Notes under the pieces: model-generated
What the model saw: only the letters and a program-made list of their open reading frames with translations
Databases searched by the model: none
Told to the model about the DNA's origin: nothing
Program-made: the position numbers and the translations under genes
Part shown: piece by piece, positions 37,815-52,265 of the stretch
Layout of the letters: each line of letters starts with the position of its first letter
How positions within the stretch are numbered: the stretch's first letter is position 1
Assembly (NCBI GenBank): GCA_022813865.1
Contig: JALDZX010000061.1
Span: 1-64,000 of the forward strand
Length of the DNA stretch: 64,000 bases
DNA from: Xylographa opegraphella
Taxonomy: Eukaryota
Reading direction: 5' to 3'

Positions 37815-39548
37815 ATGTCTTCCTCCTTCTTTACTCTCCCAGCCTCCCAGAGGAAGCGGAAACGTACTGATACTGGGGCTACATCATCTTCAAGAAAACG
37901 TGCAACTACTGCGACTGAAATTAGTGTCGCCAAAGCTGGGTCGTCAAAAAAGCCCCGGAGAGATGAGTCCATCTCTGGCAGTGACTCCGACGAAGACGAA
38001 GCGCTGAAGAAGAATGACACAGGCGAAGAGGAAGGAGAAGCGACAAGCAGCGAATCCGACCATGAAGGTGAAACTGGTGCTGAGAGGCGTCTGCGACTGG
38101 CGGAACGCTATCTCGCAAATATAAAGGGGGAAGTTGACGAGATTGGGTTCAATGCTGAAGAAATTGATAAGGACTTGATTGCAGAGAGGCTAAAAGAGGA
38201 TGTTGCTGAAACGAAAGGCCGCTTATATCGACACATCGCTTCTGATTTCGATTTCAAAAGCACGATGAAGACGCACTTCCGAGCAGACACGTTAAGCACG
38301 ACCTCTATCGCTACATGTCCCCCCTACGCATACACCGTCTCTAAAGACCTCTACATAATCAAATGGCAACTCCCCGAAACTACTTTACCACCCGCCCTTC
38401 AGCCAAAGACGAAAAAATCCCCACCCCCTCGCCGCCGACCTATCAAACTCCTCACCAGCCGCGGCAACGCTCACAAGGCCAACGATCCCACCTACAAACA
38501 TCACACCGGTCATATCCTCACAGTAGCAGCCTCTTCCGATGGCCGCTTCGTAGCCACAGGGGGTGCAGACAAGCGCCTCATTATCTGGTCCGCCGTGGAC
38601 CTTACTCCCCTTCGCGTCTTCGCCCAACATCGCGACGCCATCACGGGTCTCGCTTTTCGCCGAGGTACCAACCAGCTGTACTCGAGCTCAAAAGACCGCA
38701 CCATCAAAACATGGAGTCTGAACGAGCTCGCCTATGTCGAAACGCTCTTCGGCCACCAAGACGAAGTCGTCGACGTGGCCGCTCTCGCCCAAGAACGCTG
38801 TCTCAGCGTAGGGGCGCGCGACCGGACCGTGCGGTTATGGAAAGTGGTTGAGGAAACACAGCTCGTCTTCCGCGGCGGCGGCGGGGAGAAGAAATCGCGG
38901 AACCACGGCAAGGAAGGGGGACCGTCGTTCGCGGAAGGCAGCATCGACCGGGTTGCGATGATAGACGAAGAGATGTTTGTCACAGGGGCCGATAATGGAT
39001 CGCTGTCGCTGTGGACGATGCACAAGAAGAAGCCAGTCTTCACGTTGCCTCTCGCGCACGGACTCGATCCGGCATTGAAGCCGGAGGAGGCGTACGCGGA
39101 GCAGAATCCGGACCCGAAGGTACCGAGCCCCCCTCAGCCGCGGTGGATAACCGCGCTGGCGACCGTTCCGTACAGTGATCTGATTGTGAGTGGGAGCTGG
39201 GATGGATGGATTCGGGTGTGGAAAGTTAGTGCGGACAAGAGAAGAATAGAAGCGGTGGGAACTGTTGGAAGAGCTCAAGGATCTGGGAGCGGGTCAGATG
39301 TGATGATGGAGGATGCGACTGGCAAGGAACAACAAGCAGGTATCGATGGAGGTGATGGACCTTTGAAGGAAGAGCAGGTTGTCAGGGGTGTGATCAATGA
39401 CATCTCAATATTCGAGCGCGGAGAGAAAGGAAAGGACGGGCTGTGTATAGTAGCTGCTGTTGGGACAGAACACCGCTTTGGTCGGTGGAAAAGAGTTCAA
39501 GGGAAGAATGGGGCTGCCGTGTTCGAGATACGCAAGATAATACCCTGA
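37815..39548 (+). CDS. RRP9: U3 snoRNP protein Rrp9 (WD40)
   Basis: ETGAERRLRLAERYL, DLIAERLKEDV, LAYVETLFGHQD, ERCLSVGARDRT and VGTEHRFGRW. Confidence 0.95.
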   Translation: MSSSFFTLPASQRKRKRTDTGATSSSRKRATTATEISVAKAGSSKKPRRDESISGSDSDEDEALKKNDTGEEEGEATSSESDHEGETGAERRLRLAERYLANIKGEVDEIGFNAEEIDKDLIAERLKEDVAETKGRLYRHIASDFDFKSTMKTHFRADTLSTTSIATCPPYAYTVSKDLYIIKWQLPETTLPPALQPKTKKSPPPRRRPIKLLTSRGNAHKANDPTYKHHTGHILTVAASSDGRFVATGGADKRLIIWSAVDLTPLRVFAQHRDAITGLAFRRGTNQLYSSSKDRTIKTWSLNELAYVETLFGHQDEVVDVAALAQERCLSVGARDRTVRLWKVVEETQLVFRGGGGEKKSRNHGKEGGPSFAEGSIDRVAMIDEEMFVTGADNGSLSLWTMHKKKPVFTLPLAHGLDPALKPEEAYAEQNPDPKVPSPPQPRWITALATVPYSDLIVSGSWDGWIRVWKVSADKRRIEAVGTVGRAQGSGSGSDVMMEDATGKEQQAGIDGGDGPLKEEQVVRGVINDISIFERGEKGKDGLCIVAAVGTEHRFGRWKRVQGKNGAAVFEIRKIIP

Positions 39549-39854
39549 ATAGCCGACACTCGGTTATGCGAAATAGGAGTCTCAAATCAAATGATCATGC
39601 AATAGCCATCTATTGATATAGTTGTATATAAATTTGCCAATGCTGTATCAGTAAAGCACTTCGATACGGCCGCAAAGAGTCGCCCGCAGCTAAGCTGTAT
39701 GAGACATGCATGTTGAAATCCTACCAGCGACCATGCCGGTGAGCGCCATAGCTATCCATATAAGTGACAATTCTAGCAGCCCGTGCGGAGTATTTGCTTA
39801 GAAAGCTACATGAAAGATACCAACTTGGTGTCCTCCAGATTTAAAACTTGTTCT

Positions 39855-41705
39855 TCATGATTCGTGGTCCAGGTTCTGTCGCGATTGACCACGCCGCCAC
39901 AGTCGTCGATAATTGGAGTAACCTGCTGCACGATCTAGCAACGTGGTCGGGGCAGGTATTGGTGGGGGTTGAATTGCTTGGTTTCCAGACCTATTGCTAT
40001 TCGAATAAGAGTTCAAACGTTGCTGTTGCTGTTGCTGTTGCTGTTGATGAGGCCGAGGTCGTGCTAACGAATGATTTGCCATGGTCATTCTTGAGCGTAA
40101 TCTAGGTTGATTCACTCGTGGCCGCCTTCTTCTATTGACTGGGGATTGTGGTGGAAGATCGGAGTCAGAATCCGAAGAAATAGGCATAATAGGTGCTTCT
40201 GCTCTTCGGCGCAGCCTATTAGGAACAGGTCGTTCGGGAATGAATCGAGAGGAGCCTAGCACAGGAGAGTGTCTACCTACTGTGGCGGATCCACTGCTGC
40301 TTATTCTTCTTCGTGGCCTTGACCTCTCCGATGCGCTTTCTGAATCACTCTCCTCTCCTGACGAGTCCTCTAAGACAATGCGGCGTCGTTTGCGGGACTG
40401 CGCAATAGGAAGCGGAGTCTCTGGCTCGCTAGATTCGTCTGAGGAATTTGATGAACTTTCCGAAGCAGCTTCGTGGTCAGTTTGGTTATGGACATCAGAT
40501 GACAATGCGCTATCATCCACCCAATACGATTCGCTAGGATGCTCGATAGGGAAATTGTCGTCTTGATCGATTATGCCGTTATCTTGACCATCTCCAAACA
40601 ATGAGTCCCTAGAAGAACCAAGGACCGAGCCCTCTTGGAAGACACGGACTTCGCCATCCTCGTCATCTACAAGGAATCCGTCAAGTGAGCCGCCATCTTC
40701 TTCGTCCACTTCGTCGGTGTCGCTGAAGTCGCCTACAGAGCCTTGGTGTGTTGCAGCAACATCTGAGAGCATACTCGGAGCATACCTGCGTCGATGTTGA
40801 CCTGTTGGGGGGCTTCTGCCTCTGTTGATAGTCCTTCCTATCAACCCTTGAGCACCTGCTCGACCAAACGCAAAATTATCGTCATAGCGTGGAGTATGTA
40901 TGCCCAGACCATCGCCGTCAAGAGATATATCATCCGGGTGTTCAGGTGGCACCATCCAATCCGCTTCAGGGCCATGCGCGTTGTATCCATCAGAAACTGT
41001 CATTTCGGTTTCTGATATGCCGATTTCTGAATCATCCGAATGATCGTAGAAGTCGTCGCCCTCAAAATCTGAGTCAATGTTCTGCTGGCAAGAGTTACAG
41101 AATCCAGCCTCAAGTTCCCAGGCACAATAAGGACATCTGTCCACGCCATCCTCTACATCTCTGAGAATGCGATGAAAATTAGTAAGCACGTATCCTCTAA
41201 AACAGCCTCGGAAGAGGCCACCAGTTTTTGAATCTGTATTTGATCTATCACGTTCCACCATGCCTGCTTCCTCCTGTTGTGCTATCAAATGCTCCTCGGT
41301 AGTTTCTCCAACCGGCATTAGTTCGGCGCGAGCAATGAAGATTTGGGCCATCTCGCGTACCTATATGAATAGTTACAACTTGCTTACAAAGTGATATGAG
41401 CACGTACTCACGAGATAGGCTGGGGCTGGCTGTTGCTTGACCGAGGCACGACAGTCCGGACATGTCTTGTTTGATTTGTGGTTTTGAAACCACTGAGCAA
41501 GGCAGCTATAACAGAATGTATGTCCGCAAGAGATGGTGTATGGTTCGTACATTGGGCGAACGCACACACGGCATGAGACAAGACCTCTTAAGTCTTCCAC
41601 TGTATTCTCGAGTATCTGTAGTAGTCCTCCCACCAAATCGCTCCTTGCGGGAGTCAGGGCGTTCCCTTGGTCTCCTGACCCGTCTTCCCCATACTGTCCT
41701 GGCAT
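39855..41705 (-). CDS. RING-finger E3 ubiquitin ligase, Psh1-like, 2 exons
   Basis: C3HC4 RING CRVC..EPYTISCGHTFCYSC..KTCPDCR; second Cys cluster DGVDRCPYCAWEL..FCNSC; acidic region and poly-Q. Confidence 0.85.
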
Positions 41706-42513
41706 TTTGATAGCAAGGTTGATTAAGCGTGGAATCTCGTGCTTTTTCGTGCGTCGTAATAGTAGTATTTATCTTCGAGTACAGAATAGAGATCAAACTC
41801 TAGACCTGATAGCTAACAATGAAATATTTGGTTTAGTATATGGTCGTAACAACCAACGCGTGAAGTAGAATGTGCTGGGTGGGTAATTTACCTGATTAAG
41901 AGGATTCAAGTGGAGAGTGATCTTGCTAAGGAACTGGTAGGTTGGCCCTCAAGCCGAGATCATAGTATCAGCATCTAGTAGTGAGCCGCGAGATCGTTCG
42001 ATCCCTTGGAAGTAGACCCAAGTACGAATGGAAAGCTGCTCATGGTAGGTTGGACGTGTCTGTTGCGGGCAATCGTGTAAGTTGCAGCTAGGAGAGATCA
42101 AACACGACAAACATTCAGCCCTACATGACACTTCAACTCTCCATTCAATCTTCCGCATCAGCTTCGTGAAATTGAGTCCGAAGGTCCTATATCCACAACA
42201 TGCTCGAAAGGTCCCCTAGGCTTGCAATGATCTAAAGGAATCGTTTATCCTAACACCAAAGTAGCACTGCTATTTACTACCTGGTCGGCATAAGATTATA
42301 GCGTGCAGAGTCTGTGGCACTGGATTCTGGAAATTGTGAAAAGTTATGTATAATTGGAGCATGCTAGTGAATTATCTACTAAATTTACACCGAGATAAGA
42401 CGCTAGGTTTGGGAACCGACCGAAACTCGCCTACAAAAGTACCTCAGTATCATATCAAGTGCATGCTAATTTCCCGGGAAACCGCTGTTAACGCCATCAC
42501 ACTCGGGTCTCCT

Positions 42514-43746
42514 TCAACAAGCGATAGGACTGACCCTCCGACGCTTTATAGAACGCTCACCAAGCAGATGACTGTCGTCGATTTCTCCCATCTTCACGTC
42601 TTCGACCATTTCTTTGTTCATGTGTGCAAGAAATCTCTCTTGCTCGTGAAGAAATCGTTTCAACTTCTGCGTATCTACTTTCTTTCCGCTGCGCTTTGTC
42701 TCGCGTAATAGTCTGAGCTGGTTCCGAATTCTTTCTTCAAGGATCTCGAGACGATACTCGCTGAATTGAAAGTAGAGTTCAGGTAGGTTCGATATAGCTC
42801 GTACGGTGGTGAGAACAGTATCATCTCTTTGATCTGGACAACGCGGTCTAAACGAGGTAACCATAGTGATCCTTTCCGCTGTACCGAGAGCTCGCAATGC
42901 CTGGTGCTCGATATATCGTCCTTGCAGGACAACAGCACATCCCTATGTACGGTTAATGAGCGCTCTATATGCTACCAAGGAGTTGCTCTACCATCTGGGG
43001 TCCTCGAACTTTGAGGATGTCGCCAGTTCCAGTTCGTAGAGCCGTCTCGCCGCCAATCATGTTCGTACAGTCGCTAAGCATCGTAACGCACACAAAGGGA
43101 TAGCTATCCGTGTGCCAATCCACAATTGGTTTGTCATCTTCCCAAGGACAGCCGCCAATTCCTTCGTCAGCATCGGCCGAAGCTTTCTCTGCATATGCTC
43201 TTAGCTCTTCTTCTTTCTGCTTCTCGGACTTGACCGATATGTTGATGTGGCCGATCTCAAAATCCATTTCTGTCACTAGATCTATGCCGGCAATCTTTGA
43301 AACGATTGCGAGCGTTTCTGGGTTCTTCCATGTATCGTATATGAACGGGGCAAGCCTGTCTATGTTAGCTGTATTGAACCTTCTCCGTAACGGACGATAG
43401 ACGGTACATACCGCGGAGCAAACCCCCTAAGCTGGCATTGAGCAAGGTTGCTTGAATACTGGCAAGATTCCCAGACATCCTTTGACAGGACCTCAGCACG
43501 CATTCGATGAATTGCTTCAGCAGTGAACAAGTGGAAAGGCTCCGAAACAGCGAAAGGTGAGACTCCAGTATCTTCGGGCAAGCTCAGATCACCCATTGTG
43601 TAGGTCTTTGTGGGGGGAGTGAAGTCGATGTGCTTCTTTGGATCGAACTCATCGTTGGATAGGACAGCGGCATTTGGTCGATCAATGAGCGGTTCGAAAC
43701 CCGGCTTCATGACTTTGGGAGGTAAAGATGTTTTCAATGTCTCCAT
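42514..43746 (-). CDS. Fungal Fe(II)/2OG dioxygenase-domain protein, 3 exons
   Basis: IVDWHTDSYPFVCVTMLSD (HxD), GGETA, LQGRYIEHQALRA (distal His) and ERITMVTSFRP (2OG-binding Arg). Confidence 0.8.
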
Positions 43747-46269
43747 TGCGGCGGAGGTCGCTTTATAGTCGAACCGGTAAGCGGTTTCTCACGTAATAAC
43801 TTTAAGCTGATATGTTTCGTCAGTTGCTATGATTGGAGACAGGAACTGGACAGGAAGAGGTACCAAAAACCAAAGTCTGTTGGTGGTAATAGGTTGACTT
43901 GACCTCTTTCGGGAAGTCTCTCCAGATGCACTGTGCTGGATCCTTAGTGAGTAAAGCAACTGTGACACACCTGAACCGCCTTAATGATACTTTTTGGTGC
44001 AATAAACAGATTCAAGGAAGCTTGGAGACAGATGTGTACTCGAAACTTCAGTACGGGAATTTTCGGAGATTCTTCCAAAAGGCTCCTCACTTTCTGTTTT
44101 CTGGACTATTACGTGCTCGAGCGTACAAGCTTCCAGTCCACTGGGCGTCACCAGAATATATGTCGATCTCTTGCGCGCTTCAACTTCGCGGACACTTAGC
44201 CTCCACTGACTCGTAACAAGCATCAGTTAGCAACAAGCCTGTCAAGCTATACAACGATCCGATGAGCTTCTCAACTCAGCTCTGGCCCAAGCAATAAGCA
44301 GCAATCAATTCAGGTTCATGAGCCAAGGGCCCGTGATATATGATGGATATCATTGCTCTGTTTGGTCCGGTATTGAAACCCAAGCAAGAGACTGATCATA
44401 CGTCTACTTTAGCAGCAACGTTCTTTTCCTGCAGTTCCCTCAATCCTTGTTTCCCCATGGACGACCATCGAGCAAAGTTGCAAGTCATGAGTCCCCGAAG
44501 CGCACATACCTAGTCCCGATAACGTTCCGCCCACTGAAAGTGTCAGGGCCCAGCCAATATCACAATGCCTATGCTTCAGATGGTTGCGTTTCACATAGGT
44601 GCAATCTGGGCGGAGCGAGCGATATGCATGTAGCATTGGAGTGTGGCTCGGTCAGAGTGTGGAGGGCTACCGTAGAGGATGGAAGTTCGCCATGGCAAAG
44701 TGGAGATATCAGAAAATCCCCGGATACTATTTCCCGATGGAGATAGAGCTTCAGCTTCACACTCTGTGATCCCTGGCTCAAGAGTACCTTAGAGTCGGTG
44801 CTTCACGCTTCAGCTTCGAAAGGCTAACAAGCTCGTTACCAAAATATGCTTTCCTGCCATGCTTATCAGGTTCTAGGAGCTAAGGTAGCAACAATGTTGA
44901 CAGGTGCAATACGTCGTGGCTGATGCTCACAAACACGTCGTATTCGCGCCGGCATTTAGGCACTCAGAACCAGCCAATAAGGTAAGCCAGCGTAGGTTCC
45001 CCTCTCTGGATGCTCCCGGATGCTCTTCGCGCGAAGATAGTGCAACTGGAGGCACCCAATGATCATCACGATCCGAAGCCAAGCTGGGGAAGCGAACAAC
45101 TGCTGCGAGCATCAAACCAAACTCTCCAGATCCGAATGACATCGAATGAGACACAGCGGCAAAAGAGCGCCGGGGTCCTTATCGATACCGAGCGGGCGCT
45201 AGGTATCTAGCGCACGTTAGGATACCTTAGTCCTAAAGGCTAGCACTGAGGTCTGAGTAACGCAACTCTACCTTACTGTTCCCCCCGAACTCGGTGAGGC
45301 AAATCGGATCCACACTGCGTGAAAGTGATCGCAACCGCAATGTCAGGGAAGCAAGGGGAGGCCACACCGTGGGAAAAGGCAGAATCTTCATTCATTGGGT
45401 GAGGAGAGAGAGCCGACCCGTTCTGGTCAGATTCGGCGGCTGACCAATCATTCGTCCAGGAAGAGAAATAGCGAGTACTTTGATCCCTGCCAAGAAGCAG
45501 CCTCACGCAGTATGAAATGTCTTCACAGAAATGGTGGGGACAGAGAACTTTGCACGGATTACTTCCAGTGAGTAATTCACCGCACGAGGCGTGGGCTGTG
45601 TGTGGGGGAGCCCCATCGATCTGCTTTCTGACCTTCCTTGTTTTACAGAGCTTACAGAGATTGCAAAAAGCAATGGGTACGTCGACATCGATGGTATAGC
45701 CTGGCTTTTTTCTTTCGGTAAACTGATGATGTACAGATGACAGAGCGTAAGGAGGCCAAGAAGAAATCGGGCGGCTCGTTCTTCTGAGTAAACAAAAACA
45801 TTTCGATCAGTGAGAGATCTACATGGAAAGGATGCCCCATCTCGTATTAGTCTATCCAAAGTGCGTGACACGAGCAGAATGATCTATGTACTAGTCGGAA
45901 GGAGGACGCTTGTTCAACAAGCACTTGCGCCAGATAGTGCAGCACGCATGAACAACCCAGTGTCCCCAGCATTTGGAGACTTGTGAGAAGAGACAGATAG
46001 CGGCGGGAGATCAACGAAGAAGGAAACGACTATGAAAAGTATTCAGCATTGGTTCTGCGTCGTGTCTTAATCGTCCCTATCATATTCCCAAGCGGGCGAT
46101 GCTCAAGATCACATACCTAAGCTACTAAGATCATATGACAAAGCCACACCCTTTACGACCTTAGAGAGCTTTGGCCATGCTCCGTCATACCAGGCAACTA
46201 CCTTATCTTCCCTTGGCTTGCACTATTGCTCCATGTTTTCTTGTAGTTCTATGATTATGTGTCTTGTTC

Positions 46270-46353
46270 GTGACTTCCGGGTCTTCCCGCCATGTATAGC
46301 ACGTTTTTGTCCGCGACTTCCGGTTTTCCCCGCCAGTATAGCACGCTTTTGTC
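46270..46353. repeat. Imperfect ~43-bp direct tandem duplication upstream of MDM20
   Basis: gtgacttccgggtcttcccgccatgtatagcacgtttttgtc followed by gcgacttccggttttccccgccagtatagcacgcttttgtc. Confidence 0.85.
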
Positions 46354-46606
46354 AGTCACGTGGCTTCATCGGGCCGTCCCTTAAGCCTAAATTTACAGAC
46401 CTTGAGACCTTTAAGCGCATGTTGAAGGTTCGGAGCTGGTAGCGAGTTTGTAGTAGTGTTGATAACAATGTTGTGATTTTGCACCTTCCAGATAATTTCA
46501 TTCGCCTCCTAATGTATTTTCTCTACGACTGTTTTTGATTCGCTCCATCTCTTCCATGGCTGAATCTTGCTTCATTTCCTAAGGGATGTACTTAAGAAGT
46601 AGCAAT

Positions 46607-49600
46607 ATGAGTATACGTGTTGCTACGGTCAATGGACGAAGAGACAAGAACGATGTTATTCTCGAGGAGCTTATGGCTACTGGAAATTGGAAGCAAGCTC
46701 TAATCTTGGTCGAAAAAAGGCTCAAGAAAAATGACAAGAGTATTGAGCTTATAGTTAGTGCTAATCCTTATGGCTACTCGCCAACTCAAGTCTTGATGCG
46801 TGTATAGGTCAACAAAATCTCAATACTTCTAGCTTCATGTGAAACTGACCGTCAAGCCCAAGCTATTGCTGAGGTTCGAGAACTTCTAGGACGAAAGCCA
46901 CCAATATCAGACTTTGACATTCTGGTGGCCATCGAAACGCTCGCTGAAAAATGGCCAGGATGGTATCGAGAATCAAAGGACGTAATAAACCAGATGTGGG
47001 AACGTGCCGCTGTCGCAAAGCCCAAGGATGAGAAGCTCTTCGATCTATGGTTCAAAACGAAGTTCGCGAGCCAGAACTACAAAGCTGCCCAGAAAGTACG
47101 TTACTCTGGGTACCCACAACTTCGAATAGATGCTAAGAGTTTTCTACAAGGCTGCCATGTTGTATTCAAAGAACTTTCCGAAGGATAGACGGCCTTACTA
47201 TAGGTTGATTCTTTCCAGTCATCTTGCCTCAGAGTCTCCTGAGCTTCCTGATTCGGAGCGATCAATGTTCAAAGAAATGGCCTACAGACTTCTCACCAAG
47301 GCTCTTTCTTCAATTCCAGATGATAATATGAGCTCGCAACTAGGCAACTTGAGTTTAGAGTCCGGAAAGTCAAACGTTAACCAAGGACTGGTTGACGCTT
47401 CTCGAGCTCTGAAGAACCCTGGCGACTTACTGTTTCTCTTACGAATTTATCAATCTCAGGGGCGCGATAAGGAAGCGTTGGACATTTTGAACAACCCCAG
47501 AACTGGTCTCACTTCTTCTATCGGACATTCTTCATGGGAACTCGTTCTCGCCAAGGTAGCTTTAAATGAGTCCTGCGGACTCTGGGAAGCACAGTGGAGG
47601 GATTGCGAGGACCTCCTTCGAGGAGCACGTCCCTCGTACCAGAAAGATCCAGAGTATTCCGGCTCTGTTAAAGTCGGTACTTTTGGGAACGACTGGACAA
47701 TTTGGGCGGCTTTCTTAAAGGCATCATCAAAACTCGCCTCAATGGAGTGAGTAACGACACCGCGGAGGTTTCAAGCGAGAGGTATGTGCTAATTAAAAAT
47801 TAGTATATCCACAAGAACGAAAGAGATGATTGACTCCTACCTTGCCAATGGCAAGAAGTCTCTCAACGCTCAAAAAGCTATGGTAGAGTTCTACGCTGCA
47901 GATCCTGTACGGACAGGCAACGATTGCGGCAATCTCCTTTCTGCACTACTGGCTTTCTACTACGAATATTCAGCTAGTCCTGTTTGCTTCGATGGTCTAC
48001 GACATGCTCAACGCTTGGCATTGGATCAAAAGCGCGAATTTCTCATCATGATAGAGAAACACACGAACCCCGACAAAATTAGGAAATTCTCTGGAGAGGT
48101 AATTCTATAGCTCCTGCATACCGCAGGTCTGAACTCTTGAAATCTAACATAATTTAGAAAGAGCGCCGCGACTGGGTTTTATCAGAGATCAATTATCAGA
48201 AACAAGCATATACCCTTGTAATATCTGTCCAAGCAGGCCTGGACAACACGAAGCTACTTGAATCCTTTGTCGCGGTTTGCTTACATTTGTACAAGATATC
48301 ATTGCCCTTGAGTGGTGACCTCCCAGTCAGCGAACGGCAGCCAGGCGACGACGCAGCGATATTAGCTGCAATGGGATGCATCCATCTATTCAACAATGGA
48401 GATGAACGAGGCTTGATTCGCGCCGCGGCGATTCTTGAATTGTTGTTGTCGTATTCCGCTCATAACTATGATGCTCAGCTCATCATCATACGTGTGTATA
48501 TCTATCTGGGCCTTGGAGCACAGGCTATGAGCCACTACGCGCGACTTGACATCAAACATCTCCAATACCTCACGAACTCTTGGATTCTCTTCACGCGCAT
48601 CTCGACCATACATCCGCATCCTTTCCCGGTCATCTCAAATAATAAGATCGAACAAACAAGCCCGGCAACTATGCTGAAATATGCATTGAGCTGGGGCTAT
48701 CGTCAGAATAGGCAAGTTGAACAGGGAATTGCTAGTTTCTTCGAACACGATTCTCTTTATGAACTTCTTCAACATCTTGAATTTCAGAAGACAACTGAGG
48801 TTGCCGCTTTGGTCAAGGCGTCGCTGATGGTCGAAGCCAAGAGAATCACTCGACTCGGCCATGGTTTCTATGGCCTGGATTACAATGTTGTAATCGGTGG
48901 TAAGATAATCTCGTGGCAAAAGTATAAATACTATGAATTAACCTTAATCCAGACCCTTCACGCTTTGTATTCGATGATGTTCGAAACACAACCTCCTTTC
49001 CCAGTTATGAAGCACATGGCCAAGCCTCGTTTGAGCACTATTTGCGACCAGGCCCCATGACGGAGGTATGCCGAGAGGCGTGAAATCAACTGGGTAATAT
49101 TCTTGGCTAATCTGAATGCAGAAAGCATGGCTTCTAGCGCAATTACGTCTCAACGATTTAGTCCATGCTATTATGGGCGTTGACACGGATCAATCTCACC
49201 TCTTCCGCTTACCGGACACGGGAGATATGACATTGCCAGAGAAAGCTGCTGCTGAGTGGACAACTGTGATGACGTCTCTTCAAGGTGGAGCGATGCAGTG
49301 TTCGAAATCGATTCAAAAGGAATTTTCAAGCTGCTTGGAAGGTGCATTAAGCCGTCTGGATCATTTTATAAACCCGTGGACAACGCTCGCGAAGGAGCTG
49401 GACGAAGATCCAACACAAGCAATGGTGAGCCTGAGCCCGGACTTGGCTGTCCCCAATTGGTACACCTTCCATCGGATCTTCATGGTCATGGACCAGTGCG
49501 CCATCACGACCGCCTTCCTCCAAGGCCTCGCAACCCTCAACCGGAAAAGCCACTACTACGAAGACCAGAGTGCCCTGGACACCACGGCTGCAAGCATGAA

Positions 49601-49883
49601 AGAAACGGGTTTGCTCATCTTCCGCGCTATCAACCGGGCGGCTAAGGGAATGCAAGCCAAGTTGATGCAGACGACGAAGAAACTGTATCTGCAAGAGGTG
49701 TGCTTTGGGAAGGAAGGCGATGAATCGGATGTGGTCGGAATGGAGATGCGGACCCTTGTGGAGAGTGAGCAGTGGATTACGGATTACTGTAAGGGGATGA
49801 TGGGCGGCTGGTCGGAGAGCCTCCAGGGCGTCATTTCGACCAAGTACCGGACTGTGAAGCAGCCTCCAACGAGTGGCACATAG
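46607..49883 (+). CDS. MDM20: N-acetyltransferase B auxiliary subunit (Naa25/Mdm20), multi-exon
   Basis: GNWKQALILVEKRLKK, MWERAAVAKPKDE, GNDWTIW, QPGDDAAILA, LELLLSYSAHNYDAQLIIIRVYIYLG and LDIKHLQ..RISTIHP. An alternative ATG lies at 46586. Confidence 0.88.
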
Positions 49884-50235
49884 GGGGTTTCGTGATCCGC
49901 CTTGGTGTTCGGCATCGGAGGCTTAAGGCAATGTGCTGTGCCGAGGTCTTCCGTGAGCTCGAGGCCTCTTTACATGTGTACGATAAAGTACATAGTGCGA
50001 GGCCAATGCCAGAAATGTAGACGATGAGAATTGGTGTCTGGTCCTAATCAGTTCGATGACACATTGGTGACCCGAGTCGCTATATTGCAACATAACCAGT
50101 AACTTCGGAGCACTCGAGAATTAGGACTATGTGAATGTATACGGTGTCTTCAGACCAGCCACTAAGAGTGCGGTATGTAATAAAATCTAAGCAATCTATC
50201 ATACCTATTCCCCACCACCACCACGAAGCCTCAGT

Positions 50236-51321
<1,086 letters not shown>

Positions 51322-51682
51322 AGGAGTGTGGTTTCGTGATCTTTGACGTCAGGCCAGCTAGCGCGCTAAACGGATTAGCGCGGTGTATCGACGCGAACCC
51401 GTAGAACCTAGTCTACCTTACATAGTACTCTGTTGAAGACGATGGCAAGTTCGTCCTCTTCACCAATATGGTGCGGTGGTCCTCCAGCTTGTACCCTATC
51501 GCTATCGGGTTTCGAGTTCTGCTGTGCGCAGAGCATGGACGTCTTGAAGATACGCTTGAAGATAAGTGCCCTGACACCAGTGGGTCACAACTAGCGGATT
51601 CTGCGCACGTCACAGCACATCTATGCTGTCCACTGCGCCCACATTTGCAATCCGAACTCCATCATTCATCCATCAAGCCCAG

Positions 51683-52130
51683 ATGTCTAACTCACCCTTT
51701 ACCGGCGGCTGCTACTGTGGTGGCTGCCACTATATAATAGATCCTCAGACTAACGTCGACACCATTTGCTTCTGCCACTGCCACACCTGCCAACGTCTTT
51801 CCGGCAGCGCTTCCCTTCCCTTTTTCAAAATCCCCAAGTCGTCTTTCAAATGGGATTGTTCTGACTCTCTGACGGAGGTCCACGCCAGTGACACAGCAAC
51901 AAGGACGTTTTGCAACCGCTGCGGCTCTCCGCTGTCGGTGACTTTTGTGGACCAGCCCGATAAGGTGCATCTTACATGTGGGTCTTTGGATCCCAATCTG
52001 GGAACAAGGCTAAAGGAGAGGAATAAAGAGGGGAAGGAGAATAATGGAGAGCTGGGGCGTATCTTCACGTCAGAGTAGGCACTTTGGGAAGCGGCGTAGG
52101 GGACAAGATTGATGTCTACACCCTGATTTG
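51683..52130 (+). pseudogene. GFA/CENP-V (Mss4-like) zinc protein with a truncated or degenerate C-terminus
   Basis: FTGGCYCGGCHY, CHCHTCQRLSG and RTFCNRCGS motifs. The ORF stops inside the family's terminal motif: RIFTSE*ALWE. Confidence 0.65.
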
Positions 52131-52265
52131 ACTGTGCTACGCCAATCAAGAAAGTCCGACACGAAAAGAACCTTTTAGTCAAACGATGGTAGTTGAGACT
52201 TCATGTGCCATGTCGTTCTACTCTCGGTGACATTAGCTATTGCTTGAGCACGAGCTGCCCAGCCC

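Noticed and set aside
22575..39548. Functional cluster of RNA-processing genes (SPP2, UTP13, SAD1, RRP9)
   Set aside because: Interspersed with unrelated genes. Such housekeeping genes are common enough to co-occur by chance.
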